Source: Chrysomallon squamiferum
Lineage: Eukaryota > Animalia > Mollusca
Reading direction: 5' to 3'
NCBI GenBank assembly: GCA_012295275.1
Contig: CM022668.1
Coordinates: forward strand, 11,718,001 to 11,782,000
DNA: 64,000 nt
Part shown: positions 63,787-64,000 of the stretch, one piece after another
How the letters are laid out: every line of letters starts with the position of its first letter
Position numbering within the stretch: the first letter of the stretch is position 1
Notes under the pieces: generated by a model
Seen by the model: the letters and a program-made list of their open reading frames with translations, nothing else
Database searches by the model: none
What the model was told of the DNA's origin: nothing
Position numbers and translations under genes: made by a program

Positions 63787-64000
63787 ATCTTAGTAATGCA
63801 GTGTTAATTTACTAATAACAAAATACATAAAATATATTTTAATATAAATGTAGCAGTAAAATAATTTAAATTTTAATAATTGTAATCTTATTAATTTACT
63901 AATAGCAAAAGTACATAAAATATATTTTTATCTAAATATTATAGTAAAATAATTTAAATTTTAATAATCGTAATCTTATTAATTTACTACTAGCAAAATA
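63787..64000. repeat. AT-rich tandem repeat, about 90-bp unit, runs off the window
   Basis: taatttactaatagcaaaa / tacataaaatatattttt / agtaaaataatttaaattttaataat recur. Confidence 0.75.

Noticed and set aside
1-64000. rRNA, tRNA, transposase or reverse-transcriptase coding sequence
   Set aside because: None recognisable by eye or in the ORF track; a covariance-model search was not possible.

Overview
AT-rich, microsatellite-laden animal genomic DNA with spliceosomal GT-AG introns. It looks invertebrate, probably lophotrochozoan or molluscan, but the taxon is an inference. It contains three genes. (1) 262-41396 (+): the 3' part (about 3,350 codons visible, 5' end outside the window) of a giant collagen-VI/matrilin-like gene with 16 vWA domains, 4 EGF domains and Pro/Thr/Arg linkers encoded by separate 9-111 nt exons, almost all symmetric phase 1-1. 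Its centre is a block of eight vWA domains that lack both the MIDAS metal site and all cysteines. Six of these are near-identical recent tandem duplicates (2.1-2.3 kb period) whose exons are homogenised while the introns fall into two diverged types (A-B-B-B-A). (2) 45455-56099 (+): a LIV-1 family SLC39/ZIP zinc transporter (ZIP4/ZIP12-like long ectodomain). Its TM4-TM5 exon appears as two garbled copies, probably an assembly artefact. (3) 62219-63465 (-): the last three coding exons of an ADAM17/TACE orthologue. Also present are two TIR elements, several minisatellites derived from splice junctions, and a visible CpG-poor/CpG-rich mosaic. Exon coordinates were derived by hand from splice signals and frame continuity. 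There is no expression evidence.
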